From Harriotta raleighana (lineage: Eukaryota), in NCBI GenBank assembly GCA_050575255.1, contig JBNZDD010013730.1, positions 6,230,543-6,294,542 on the forward strand: a stretch of 64,000 bases of DNA, read 5' to 3'. The notes beneath the pieces are model-generated. The model did no database searches, was not told the origin of the DNA, and was given only the letters and a program-made list of their open reading frames with translations. Shown here one piece after another: positions 1 to 38,069 of this stretch. Position numbers and translations under genes: made by a program. Within the stretch, counting starts at the first letter, position 1, and every line of letters starts with the position of its first letter.

Positions 1-25501
<25,501 letters not shown>

Positions 25502-26531
25502 ACTGGATTAGAAATGTAACAACAGAAAAAAAAAATCACAAAGAAAAGAAGACAGATTTCAGAATGGCTACGGGCAATGTTGTTGGGTTACGTTATAATT
25601 TATTTGAAGCTTTACAATGGGATTTGGAACTCCACTCATTTCTTACTCTAGCCTCAAACTTCGCGATCACATCCATGTAAAACATCACATGCACGACACA
25701 GCTCCATGAAAGTAAGGGAAAGGATTTAGGAAAGGATTCGGTTAGATGTTATTTCAGATTACAGATTAGGAAATAATGCAGATGGTGAGACACATGCAAC
25801 ATTTGTAATTATCACCTAAAAGGGGTGAGTTTTTAATCAAAAGTCCTGCTTCTTCAGTAAAGCAATCTTTACATTTAAACCTGGTCCATCGTTAAAATTC
25901 CCAGGTTATCAGATTGACATTGGAGAAATCCACTGATATTACTTAAACCTGCAATTCTCCCATTGCAACACCAAACTACTTTTTTTCTTGTTATAGTCTA
26001 TGCCAGCACGGGCGGCAGTGGCAAAGGAGTCCATGTAATGATATCCTGACTCTTTCAGTTGAATTATAATATGTAGATGTCTTGAGTGAAAAGACAAAAA
26101 AGGAACTCCAAAGAATAGAATATATTTTCATTACAACAATTTGCATTTACATAGATGGAGCGGGAGCCTGCGATGGGATGGGAGAGGGAGGGGGGGTGTA
26201 GGGGTAAATGGCCAAAGCCACTGGATAAAGCAACAAGAACATCCAAATGTATTTTACAGCATCTCATAGAACACTACTGTACTGACAAGTATGGCAACTG
26301 TACAACAAAGGGACCTGACAACCAACACATCATAGGTCAAAATATTCACCCCATCACTGATATATTATTCCAAATCTTGTTTAGATAATGTGACACTTAA
26401 ATAGTAATATTGCTTTTGGTCTGAAATAGTCAATCAATATTTTCTACTGATGCAGACCTTGACATTGCAAACTCACAGGAGCCCAAGTGGCTTCTCTTGT
26501 CTAGGGTTCATCTCATCAAGGTTTAACTCTC

Positions 26532-26751
26532 AATAAAAGCATCAGCCAGAATAAAGAAAAAGGTCTATTACAACAGAGGATTTATGGCAACACAATGTTC
26601 TCTTACAACGTTTCAAATATAAATGATAGCTGTACAGAGTTTTAACTGTAAACATACCTTTCTGTGGATTCGTTGAAAAAAAACTTACTTCCATATATGC
26701 TTTTTTAATGAAAAACTGTGTGATACATGTAAATATACTGCAGATAATAAA
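26532..26751 (+). terminator. Candidate ADGRL4 polyadenylation signals
   Basis: AATAAA at 26532, about 26550 and 26746, 1.0-1.25 kb after the stop; which is used cannot be determined. Confidence 0.4.
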
Positions 26752-29700
26752 ATTATGGTTTGCGTAATTTATTCATACATTAAGTGGTGATGTTGATTGA
26801 CACAGTCGAAGGTGCATAAAATCTATGTTTAGAAAACAGCAGCATTTCACAGGCAAAATCACATTGGGATTCCATTGCAATATGAACGATCTCTATTGCA
26901 GGTATCAGCTATAGAAACTGATAAAATAGCGAAATGTCCCTGTATAAAAATAACTGGATAGAATATTAGAACTAAAACATACATTATGTAGATTGTCTTC
27001 CAAATTGCTAGGCACCTTATCTATTCTTACTGTCGAAATACATATTATTTACTAGTCACACTCAGAGAATTTTTTTTGTGCTTCTTCATTTAAGGGAGGG
27101 ATCACATTCAGTGACATGAATGTACACTTGATCCAGATATGAGGCACTGTGCAGAATTAAAACTAAATTCCCTAAATATCTGGCCATTCATTAATGAGCT
27201 CATTTGAATATTCAACTCTTGCAATTAGGGGGTTTGCTGCAGTCACAGCCGTTAATGTGAGATGCACACATTGAGATTGCCTGCAGCAAGCAGCCAGCAA
27301 ACAAAGCTCCTGCAGTGATCTATCTGTATGTATTGACTGTTCATATTGATCCACTTCTGGTCAAAGAGTTGAGTGCTGAGCACAGGGACACTGCACTGAT
27401 TTTCTGCAAAGTGGGGGGGGGGGGGGTTGGGGGGGAAATGTCTCTTGAACTTAAGTCAAATTATATTTTGTTTGAGATTTGCTTGAATTTGTAATATCCA
27501 TGTGGGGAAATCATTTTCTTCACTTTCCGTTCAACAATCATAATACAGATTGCAACCCAAGATTTACAAATAATTTCTGTTTTTGATTTATAGCACAGTA
27601 CCACTTCAATAATGTGGAGGTGGCCAGGTCACTAAAGGTTTATGGGTCTGTTGCATTTGATTTCCCTCTTACTGGCAACATTTACACTCCAGTAGAAACT
27701 GTGATGCATTCTCTGTACAGAAATCTTTACAAACAAATATTTCTAAATAAAATCTTTCATATGCTGAACTCTGCAAATATCACAGCAGGGGTAATCTCAA
27801 ATATCAATAAACATTATTCAAAATAGAGCAGTCAGTTTTATTTTAGTTGCTCATTTCATATAGGAAAGACAGCTTAATGCTCTTTTGTCTATTTCCAAAC
27901 AAAATTGATGGTATTCTTTTCTCTATCACTTGCGCAAAAAATTGGTCTGAATGCATTTTTATTCTGCAACATTGTCTCGCATTAAATGCATTGTGTTTCA
28001 TCACTCTCACTTTATCCCCAACATAACACTTTCCCTTTAGTTGTCAATTTGAAAAATCCATCGGCAGAAACAAAGAGATTCACTGGAGTGTCGCCATACA
28101 AAAGAGACAATTGCAATACCAAGATATGGAACGGTTGATGAGTTTTACTCCATGATAAAAACAAATACAAAATGCTTTTGAAAACTCCAGCTTGACCATG
28201 GCACAAAGTTCAAACTATATCTGCCTGATCAAATAACAGTTCTGAAAGCTCTCTTAAGTTGTGTTATCTTTTGATTGAATCGCGGAGTTAAAATGCTGCC
28301 CCAACTTTGAGATTCGAGTCCTGCAATACCTTCCATTTTTAGCTGAGATGGTCCAACAAATTTAAATTCTGTCACTTTTAAATTGAGTTTTATGATGCTG
28401 AAACTCACTTCTGGAGAGAGGCAGCTTAGGTAATTTGTTGAGAAACATTCAAGTGAAAGCTGTGCTGAAAATAGTCAGTAGACATATAATTATATATTTT
28501 TTTCAAGATTTAAATTGAAACGAATGACTCAATATTCCACCCCCCAAAAAAAAAAATTCAGATGATATGAATAGAATTGTAAGTGGAGGACTGTGCAGTA
28601 GGTTTTCTAGACAAACAGAATATATTCTGCAATCCACAATTGTCCATTGAGTATTCTCTTTATTGTAGGATGGAAACATCTCATCCTAATTGGACTTGAC
28701 TGTAGTGTCCTCCATACATTCCTTCTCATCAGTTCCGCCTGCTCTTTCTAGCCTCTCTATATCCGCCTGCACTGTCTGCACAAATACCATCAGTTTAAAA
28801 ATGTTTCAAATATCAACAGCTTCTCCAGCTTACCTGATGATTTCTGAGATATCCCTACAAGCAGCAGCTCTCAGTAGTGGCATTTTGCTTCCATACCCAA
28901 ATGCTTTTGACCTTAGCTCTATTATAGAAAATTCATCCCCTTCTCAAAACTATAATCCTCTTTGCATCACCATCTTAAATATGTGTTCAATGTCCCTGAA
29001 TATCAAAGAATGTTGCTATTGAGAATTTCGAGCACTATCTATAAATATGTGACACTGTCCATCAGATTGTCAAAGACATAAGAATATTTGGACTACTGTA
29101 TCCCCCAAAAATACTGTCATCTCTACACAAGGTCAATAGTTCACATCAGTTTTCTGTCCTTTAATTTCTGGAAAGAACCACTCCAGTTTCAAGATGAGAC
29201 AAGTGCATACCATAGAGGGCCTTATAATTCAGAATGAATGTTGTTGTATTTTAGTTTCATTCAGAGATCATTGAAATGGATGAAGAGGTTTAAGGAAATG
29301 TTGCACTGTTGCGGTAAAATCCTCTTTTGAGGTTAACATCAAGACACATTGGAAGGTAAGATTTTCCATGGATTTAACCCCTGCTTTATCTGTTCTGGGA
29401 GTGCTTGATACTGATATTGAATGCAAAGGAAAGAAAGGCCACTGATTTAGCAGAACTACCATCTTCAATCTGGATGATGGTGACATTTCACGTTCGACTT
29501 CGCTCCAAAAACATCGAAACAAAGTGAGAGCAAAAGGTGAGTTCACTGGATTAGGGAAGGTATCAGACTGTCTAACATCCAAAGAAATCTCAAACGTGAG
29601 CTTTGTGGACAGAGTTGTCCGCTTTGAAGATATTTGTCAATATCTTATGTTAATATATCTTACAAGTTCAAACTTTATATCAATTCTGATGTAGGTTCAC

Positions 29701-29979
29701 TTCTGGAACTCCAAAGGGTTAACAATTTTTACGTTGTGTTGCTCAGTGAACCACAAGATAAATCTAGCAGCTTAATTTGCCTGCTAAAAGAGTTGAGTAT
29801 TCATAATTTGAACGGAACGCTGGGACTCTTATTCCAGTATCACAAAGAACTGACAGAAACCTGCTGTCACGCTAGGCTGTTCCCGTTGTATAACTCTCAC
29901 TTTCTTTTGAGCTCACAGTACTTTTGTTGAACTGGTTTTACGCCTCCTAATAACTGTGGGTAGCCAGAGCGTGAAGATA

Positions 29980-30900
29980 TGCAATACAATGGATTGAACA
30001 CATTTTTTCCAGCTCTTGAACCCGAGTTTAAATCCAGTCCCAAGTGGTGGAATAAATGTTCCATCTGTTCCATACTCAAATAAGTAATTTTGATCTTGTC
30101 TGAGTTCTCGCTGGATATAATCCATGTCGCAAAAGTAGTTAAAGCTTGGCACTAATTGGACAATCTTGCTCATAGAACAACAACAAAATTACACTTGTAG
30201 AGCACCTTTCATGTCAGGAGGATATCCCAAGGCGCTGGGCAGTCAACGTTTCAGATCCGAGCTAGGGTGGGGGATCAGGGAGGGTGGAGGAAAAAGGGAG
30301 AGGGTGGAAGAGTTGGAGTGACCGATGGGACCGTCAAAGAGGAGGGTCTTGAGGCAGGATTTGAAGGGCCAGGGAAGGCCCAGGATGCGGGATGGAGTTC
30401 CAGAGGATGGGGACAGAGTAGCTGAAGGCTCGCCCGCCAATGGTGGGGCGGGTGGGTTGGGGACCTGGAACAGGCCAGAGCCTGCTGAACACAAGTTAGA
30501 AGGGGGTTAGGAGGTCGCAGAGGTAGGGTGGGGTGAGGAAAGGAAAGCTTAGAAAGTGAGGACCAAGATCTTGAATTGAATCCTCTGGGTGATGGGGAGC
30601 CAATTAGGTCGGGAGAGGATGGGGAGATGGGGATCACGAAGCTTGGAGCAGTAGAAGACACAGAAATCTGGATTATCTGCAGGCTATGGAGGGAGGAATT
30701 GGGAAGGTCAACATGGGAGCATTCAATACTGGCATTGAGTGAAGGGAGGAGAAGTCAAAATGATAGATGGTATTGTGAACGGAAATGTTCTACTTGTACA
30801 GGGAGGAATGTTCTTCTGAGGTTGGTGTTGAAACACATTTTGGCAATTCATGAGCAACATGGGAGCATTCAATACTGGCATTGAGTGAAGTGAGGAGAAT
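29980..30900 (+). mobile_element. LF-SINE-like element interrupted by an L2 fragment (halves about 29980..30177 and 30750..30900)
   Basis: tRNA-like head (gagtttaaatccagtccca), TTGGCACTAATTGG at 30146..30159, and after the L2 gagaagtcaaa...aggttggtgttgaaacacattttggc, collinear with the recalled LF-SINE consensus. Confidence 0.6.
30176..30708 (-). mobile_element. L2-clade LINE 3' end, 5'-truncated
   Basis: (CAA)n tail at 30176; minus-strand ORFs include FKSCLKTLLFD; similar to 17593..18039 and 35420..35690. Confidence 0.85.
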
Positions 30901-31872
30901 AAAATTTCATCCTCTCATATCATCATCCTTCCCTTGATAAGCATAACATTCATAGAAAATAGCAAATAGAAATGATTCCTCACAAGTAAAGAAATCAAAA
31001 TGTAATCATTAAACAATGATTCTGAAACCCCAAATAGATCTAATTAATTGTTTATTTGTGGGGTAGTCAGAGAAAGAGAACAATACATGGCCAATTCATG
31101 TTCAGCACAGACATTATAGGCTGAATGACTTTCTTCTGCGCAGTAAATTTCCCTGGTTATCTATTTTTGAACACACATCTAACCTAACAATTTGCTGAAG
31201 CACACATTTGAAGAATTTAGTTAAAATTCTATAGTGGAGAATTTGTTGACATGCTCATCATTTTCCATTTAAAGATTTCTAATTCTTCCAGGAAACCTTT
31301 TCAGTCTATGTCAATCCAGACTTTACATGAGATGTGTAACTGTTACAAAAAACCATAGAGATATGGTTTAATGTAACCTTCAAAGCCCTTAAGTATTTCA
31401 CAGAACAATGATGATGCTTATATGTATGTATATTTTTAATATATATACACTTTATTTAAAAATTATCTAAATTATTTCTACTCAGAAAAGAAATGTTGCA
31501 ATAAATTTGTTTTAAATATCATGCAAATGTCTTTCCTTATAAATAGAATGCTGGGCTTCCACAAATCACTTATTTCAATATGAAAGACATTATCTTAGAA
31601 ATGCATTTAAATAGCAAATATTCTTTCTGAACTTTAGAATTTGTGCAGGTTCCAAGGATGATTTGCACATGATGCTAAGGAAAATCCAGAATACATTTAC
31701 TCTTAAGAAGGATTTACTGTAAAAATAATGCCCTCACAGGCACAGAGTCAGTGTTATCAGAGCCACTTGCATTAATGCAGATATGTGTCCTATCTCACCA
31801 TTGAATAATTAGTTTAACATTTCCTGCAATCAAAGACATTTACAGTGCAAAAGGAAGGCATTCAAAAGTTTA

Positions 31873-32180
31873 GCTCCTGTAGCTCAGTGGTTAGAGCACT
31901 CGCCTTATAAGCGTGTGTTCGATTCCAGGCAGATCAGGGGGAAACCTTGGGGAAGTTTCCTTACTCCACACACCGAATAATAATCCATCCAAAAAAAGAA
32001 TAAAAAATTGGTCATTTTCAACCCACGACTGTTTGTGGGGACACTGCTGAGCGCAATTGGCTGTCGCGTTTTGCCCACAAATATACAGTCAATTCACTTT
32101 GCAGTATATTCTGTGAAATGCTTTGAGACGTCTCAACGATGTGATAAGCGGCTGTATCAAAAGTAAGCTTTATTATTTTT
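31873..32180 (+). mobile_element. tRNA-derived SINE, full-length short form
   Basis: cctgtagctcagtggttagagcactcgcc...gttcgattcc...caattcactttgcagtatattctgtgaa. Confidence 0.9.
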
Positions 32181-35100
32181 ATAATATTGTTTTGAATCAT
32201 TTCCATTTCCACCCCTTTAATAAAAGTCATACCACTTTAATGAAGTTGTGGAACCTGAAATTGTAAGCAGAAATTTCAAATTCATTTTTGCAGCACTATT
32301 AATTTTGGCTTATTTTTAAGTCTTATTTGGCCCTGATGGATTAGGATCCCAGGATCTCTCTTGTTCTTGTGATTGCACAGCCCTAAAACTGCCCCTTGCT
32401 TCTTTTGACTCGAATCTAAGATTATTACAATTAATGAAACCAAAATTGTAAAGCTTTAATAAAAGCTGTGATTATTACAACAGGATCCCATTTATGGTGA
32501 GGAACCATTTTATTTCCTGTCCAAAAGTGTTTGAATAGGCATTTTCCAACAGTCGCTTGAGATTAGAAAGTTATTAGTTCCAAGGATAATGATTTATTTA
32601 TCTGATCTCTATTTTTAAGCGATCCACATAATTACATGCAAGTTTCACATCCACCATAGCCATCTAGCAATACATTGTATTCCAAGATCACATATCACAA
32701 ACGGTTCTAGAAGCGTTTCAATACGTCAGTTAACAAGTTATAACGCTTTCACGACTCATTTCTTCATTCCCCCAAAAATTTATGTTGGTGCAATTAAAGT
32801 TACAGAGGCCGGGGAGATATCTCAAACATATGGATAACAAATCGTTTCCATTTACCTTTTGATCTGCAGAGAATAAGATTCAGTGCTGCAGTAAACAAAG
32901 CGGTGAGGTTTTGCATGATTATATTCTTAGAGTCAGAGTATTTCATTTCAATGTCAATCTGTCAGTCAGGGGTGAGCTAGTGAGCTAGCTTTTGGTATTT
33001 ACAAAATACCAAAGCACTGCTTCACACACACAGAGAATTATTTTCACTAGCCCTCTTTATTAGTGGTAATATTCAATAGAAATCTTATTGCTGTCCTTTA
33101 CTTCAATGTATTTCTAACAGGATATTCCTTAATTGTCTTACACGGGTATTTTGTACCTTCGCATTATGTGTCCCACTGAAATCCTTCTGCCTCTTCGAGT
33201 GTTTGCCCTGGCCCGCTACAGGCTACTCTCCCGAAGAGCAAGTCTAATTAGAGAATTTCAAACCAAACATCAAGATTTATTAATGTATGAATATTCATTC
33301 ATATAACAACAGCTTTGTAACATATTACACCCTATTCATAAAAGATGAGAATCACTTGACTTTCCCTTTTTTCCAGTAGTCCATATGGTGGTGCCTATCG
33401 GATTTTTAATTAGTTCTTTGAATATCATGATGCTGTCCAAAAATGTTCCTTTTTTTTTTCTCCCCTTGAAATGAAAGCAAAGTTACTTGCTTGAACTATG
33501 GATATGTACTTTGCGGGATTTTTTTTTAAAAAAGTCTACCAGATAGCTTAAAGGGACAAAATTCATCAAGTGGGAACTCTTGGCATTCCAGTGAGAGGAC
33601 AAAAATTTGATCTGATAGTCTGGCACATCCCCTTTCTATAGCAGTCTACTCGTTGCTGAGTATCCAGACCGTGGTGATGACAAACTTCATGTGGAGTCAA
33701 CCAGGGAAGAGTTGAGTATCACTGGTCTTCTCTTCCACTACTGTTCCCTCGTGGAATCAAGGAAAGAAACACACTCGCCAGCTGGAGAACCTTTTCAGTT
33801 CCAGATTCTCAAATTTCAGAAGTTTAGCACCTCTAAACAAATAATTCTCTTCCCCATCAACCAGACATATTAATTATATCCTTTCCAAGAACAGTGCTCA
33901 TTTGCATTGCTTGGCATATAAATCAATGCATCCCGTTTGAGTGGAAAGGGATTGCATTCTGAAACATTTTTAATTCTTTGTTCCACAAATTAGATCAAAG
34001 ATTCAGCCTCGCACAACAAGCTAGGCTGGTCTTTTTCTTTACTTGTTCCTTTCTGGTAGGATGGCACACCAGACGTACTGACCTAAAAACCACAAATGCA
34101 AATTATACAATTGACATTCTTTGTAAGAATCTGCCCATTTTAGTCATAGGATTACAATGCCTTGGACTCTGTAGACCATACTGACATCAAGGAACCCAAT
34201 AAATGCCTTCAACATCTACCACACCGCCAGAACACAATACAGTGTAATAAAGTGAAACGGACCACTAAAGCAATCAAAAAGCATTTGCTATTGCATAGAA
34301 GCAGCACCTACCTTTGAAGGAAATGCTGCAACTCTCCTGAGCACAAAGTAATTGAGTCAGGCATCTCTAAATCAAGTTACTAGCTGTTCCTTTTCGCAAT
34401 AGGAAAAGCAATAAGCCTGTATACTGTGCAGATCAGCAGGAGAATAGTAACATTCTTTAGTCAAATACTATTTGTTGTAAAGGGGGGTGGTGGCGGGGGA
34501 AAATGGTGAACGTATAATATTTTTCGGATGCTTGCACTCCAGAACCTATTTTAGCAGTCAGTTTCACCTCGTGTCACAGCTGTATAAAAAATCAGTTTTA
34601 ACCATGCAGATCTTCAAAACATCATTGCTTTTACAAATTAATAACTGTATAGAACTCAATTTATGTGTAATTGGAACAGTATGGAACTGTTACCTACAGA
34701 CAGGCTAGTCTGTGAAATGATATTGCTCAATAACGCAGAGCATTCTTTAGATTCAACTGACAAATGTCAATAATTCTTTAACAGGGAGCAAAGATGCCAG
34801 CAAAAGTTTGCAAATAGCTGAACCATGCTGAGCAGAGGAAAAGCAAAATGTGGCACATCTAAAAAGTGTAATGAAATTCAAGATTTGGCCAATTCTTGTA
34901 GTGTAGTGATAGAAAGGGTTACTGTAGTTTCCTTGAGAAGCACTGAGTTGAGTTGAGTGATTGATTGGAGCCAGATTGTCTGGAGTTTGTGTACAGATTT
35001 TTTCAGTCTGTTGTAGTGCTCTGAAAGAACTGGAGAGAACAAGACTCTGCTCTAAGCGAGTTCTGTTGGATATGGTATCTATAGCAAAGTGGTGTAAGCT

Positions 35101-35419
35101 GCTGGGCTGGAGTTATATTACCTAAACACATCCGCAAAACTCCACAATGCCGAGCTTTGGCTGATCCTTAAACATTATGAAAAAGCCGAGTCTTTATAAC
35201 ACTTTAGAACTGGTAAAAATCCAATGTACCACCCAGGATCTTGTAAGTTTAAAAGTGTCCTTAATATCTACTGCAAATATATAATATAAACTGAGGTGAG
35301 ACAGAAACACAACTTTTCCCTACGTCGGATTTGAAATTCCCGAGCTGTCCATAAAATTTCCCTAGAATGACAATGCACGAAACAGGCCTCTTGCCCAACT
35401 GTAATCATTCAACATGAAA

Positions 35420-35690
35420 ACAACAACACAAGAAGAGGAAGGAGAAGATGAGGGTGAATGATTGTGGGATGGAATTACAGAAGTTTGAGGCAGCGTGGCT
35501 GAAGGTTCGACCACTGATGGTGGAGTGGGTGGATCGGGGGACGCTGAGCGGAGAGGTTGGTAGGGGGTTTGGAGGTTGCAGAGGTAAGGTGGGGCGAGGC
35601 CATGCAGGGCTTTAAAGGTGAGGACCAGGATCCTGAATTGAATCCTCTGAGTAATGGCCTCAGTGATGGAGAAAATGACTTTAGATCTGC
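35420..35690 (-). mobile_element. L2-clade LINE, ORF2 C-terminal fragment
   Basis: ORF 35362..35703(-) contains QRIQFRILVLTFKALHGLAPPYLCNLQTPYQPLRSA. Confidence 0.85.
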
Positions 35691-36581
35691 ACAATTTGGA
35701 CAATTACATTTACACGTGTCAAAGTGTACCAAATGCTCAGTAAATGGCATATTTACGATAAGCTGTTGTTGAATCACTTCAATTAGTCATGAATACTGAT
35801 TCTTATGGAGCCCACTCTAGCCCGTTCAAACCATTTGCCCATGATTAATCCAAAGTCGCTCATTTATTCACCCTTTTTTATTCTGACTCCTCATCCCTCA
35901 GTCCTTTCAGTCTCTATTAAACTTTCTCTGGCGTTATGGGGTGGCAACTTTCCTGCTACTGCTTTGTCTCCATTAATCACTAATGTGCTCTTGTGAGGAG
36001 TTAGTTTCTGGCTGTTCCGGGATTCAGAGAAGCAGCTGCATTTCAACAAGTACAAGAAGAGCAGGCACAGAAATGTCATTGCACAGAAACTCCACAAGCA
36101 TATTTTGTTAATTCAACAGATCCTACTCAGTGGATTTTAAACGTGGTCACCTGCAGCCTGAATCATGGTATCTGAGACAAAACAAGATGGTGCCAGTGAA
36201 AACTCTAAATTAAATACAGATAAAATTGCTGCTTGTTCTTGAATGAAACGCTGTATTTTCATCAGTCCTTCCCTCCATCCATTACACTCATAGCTTTTGT
36301 ATCACCTTGGTCTGCCATGGCTGCCATCAATTATTAACAGGAATCTAATCTGGGTTTCGGGCACTTTTTTTTTTTAACGGCCATTGGCAAGGTAGTTTCA
36401 GGCTTCCTGAACATTTTTCCTACCCTCTGACAGAGAGTAGCCCATTGTTTGCTTCATCCGCAGGCTGGCAAGTCACCAACAAAAAGTGGCTCTTGAAAGA
36501 CTGCCAAGTTGCAATCTCATCATCAAGCCTAATATTTACAGCTGTAATTTCATACTGCTATTTGATTGTGCATTTTTCTTG

Positions 36582-36637
36582 TATATGTATATATATATAT
36601 ACATACACACACACACACATACTGTGCATATATATAT
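36582..36637. repeat. Compound (TA)n/(CA)n microsatellite
   Basis: tatatgtatatatatatatacatacacacacacacacatac...atatatata. Confidence 0.85.
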
Positions 36638-36960
36638 TTTTCCAAATACGAAACTCTTCAAAATATTTTATCCTCAATACAAACATTCCACTGGCAAGGT
36701 ATTATCACCAGCATACTTGAAACTCAACACTCTTCGTATTGATGAATTTCTGGTTTGCAATCAAACAATCTTAAGAATCGTGCCTTTTAATATTCCCTCC
36801 TATGAAATATTCAAAAATTTGTGCTTACATTATTAATTTTCAAAGTAATTTGCTCGCAACTAGGCTTAGCACAAATTAAATATGCCATCAATGCAGCAAT
36901 ATCGGTGCTTTGGATTGCTTGTGCCTGGTCCTTACCTCCAGCTCTTGATCTGTAATTGTA

Positions 36961-36980
36961 CTGCTACCATCTAGTGGCTG
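36961..36980 (-). promoter_or_regulatory. Candidate CTCF binding site
   Basis: Minus strand reads CAGCCACTAGATGGTAGCAG, close to the CTCF core CCASYAGRKGGCRS (one mismatch). Confidence 0.55.
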
Positions 36981-37738
36981 AACAGAATGAGAACAACGCG
37001 AGCTGCAAACTGGCAAGTGAATAGAGCGAAAAGGCTAAACTGAGAATGCTGGTTGGCACCATCAGTGAGACGAGTGAGCATCTGAAAACATAAGATAGGT
37101 TACGTTTTGGCTGCGACCTTCATCAGAACACAAATCAGCCGCACGGTTCCAGGCAGATTACCCTCAGTCTTCAGATGCCACCAGTTCATTTGGGAAAATG
37201 ACACGTTTTGTTTCCCTCCAATTAAGCAATAATCGTGACTCCAAATCAGTCACTGTTCAGCCACTCAGCAAGCAAATTGCCACTCAAGAACTCCATAATG
37301 AATAAAAATAAATGATAATATAATTAGGTTATTTAGAACTTTGCAATCATTTGATACGTACAAACACAAAGTTCTGTTGCTGAGATCTTAAGGAATTCTG
37401 ATTTGAGATGCAATGTTCCTGATCGACTGCCTTTAAAAAGCAGCTGCCCTCTTCTTCAAATGAATAAAGATAACAACATTCTCTGAACTGAATGGAATAA
37501 TATTGTATTTCGCATTTTACTTTGATTGATTGCAGGTTCTGCAGCTGGATTTGTTTGTGCGTATGTACAGGTTTTCACTTACTAAAGGTGGAATTCATCC
37601 CCCATTGACTGAGAATACTCTGACTATTGGAATGATGGCATTATTACAACAACAACTTGTATTTATATATAGCCCTTCACACTGAACGGCTTGAAAAAAA
37701 CTGATTCCATTGTAATAATATGATGTATTTACAGTAGA

Positions 37739-38055
37739 TTCCTGTAGCTCAGTGGTTAGAGCACTTGCCTTGCAAGTGAGAGACCTGGGTTCAATTCCAG
37801 GCAGGGCAAAACCTTGGGCAAGTTTCGTTATTCCACACGCCTGATAATAATCCCTAAAAAGAAAACAATAATAAATTGGTCATTTCAAACCACGACTGTT
37901 TGTGAGACATTGCTGTGAGTAATTGGTTGCCACGCTTTACCTGTAAATATACAGACAATTCACTTTGCAGTATATTCTGTGAAGTGCTTTGAGACGTCTA
38001 GAAGACATGAAAAGCGCTGTATCAAATGCAAGGATTATTATGATTCTTGTTATTA
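37739..38055 (+). mobile_element. tRNA-derived SINE, full-length short form with intact A/B boxes
   Basis: cctgtagctcagtggttagagcacttgccttgcaagtgagagacctgggttcaattccagg...aaatgcaaggattatta. Confidence 0.9.
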
Positions 38056-38069
38056 TAAGGAATCAGGTT

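Noticed and set aside
37739-37808. tRNA-like cloverleaf with A/B boxes (also at 4025, 9594, 31873)
   Set aside because: Runs straight into a SINE body and tail, the anticodon position differs among copies (TGC, TAC, TAT) and the T-arm is non-canonical; these are SINE heads, not tRNA genes
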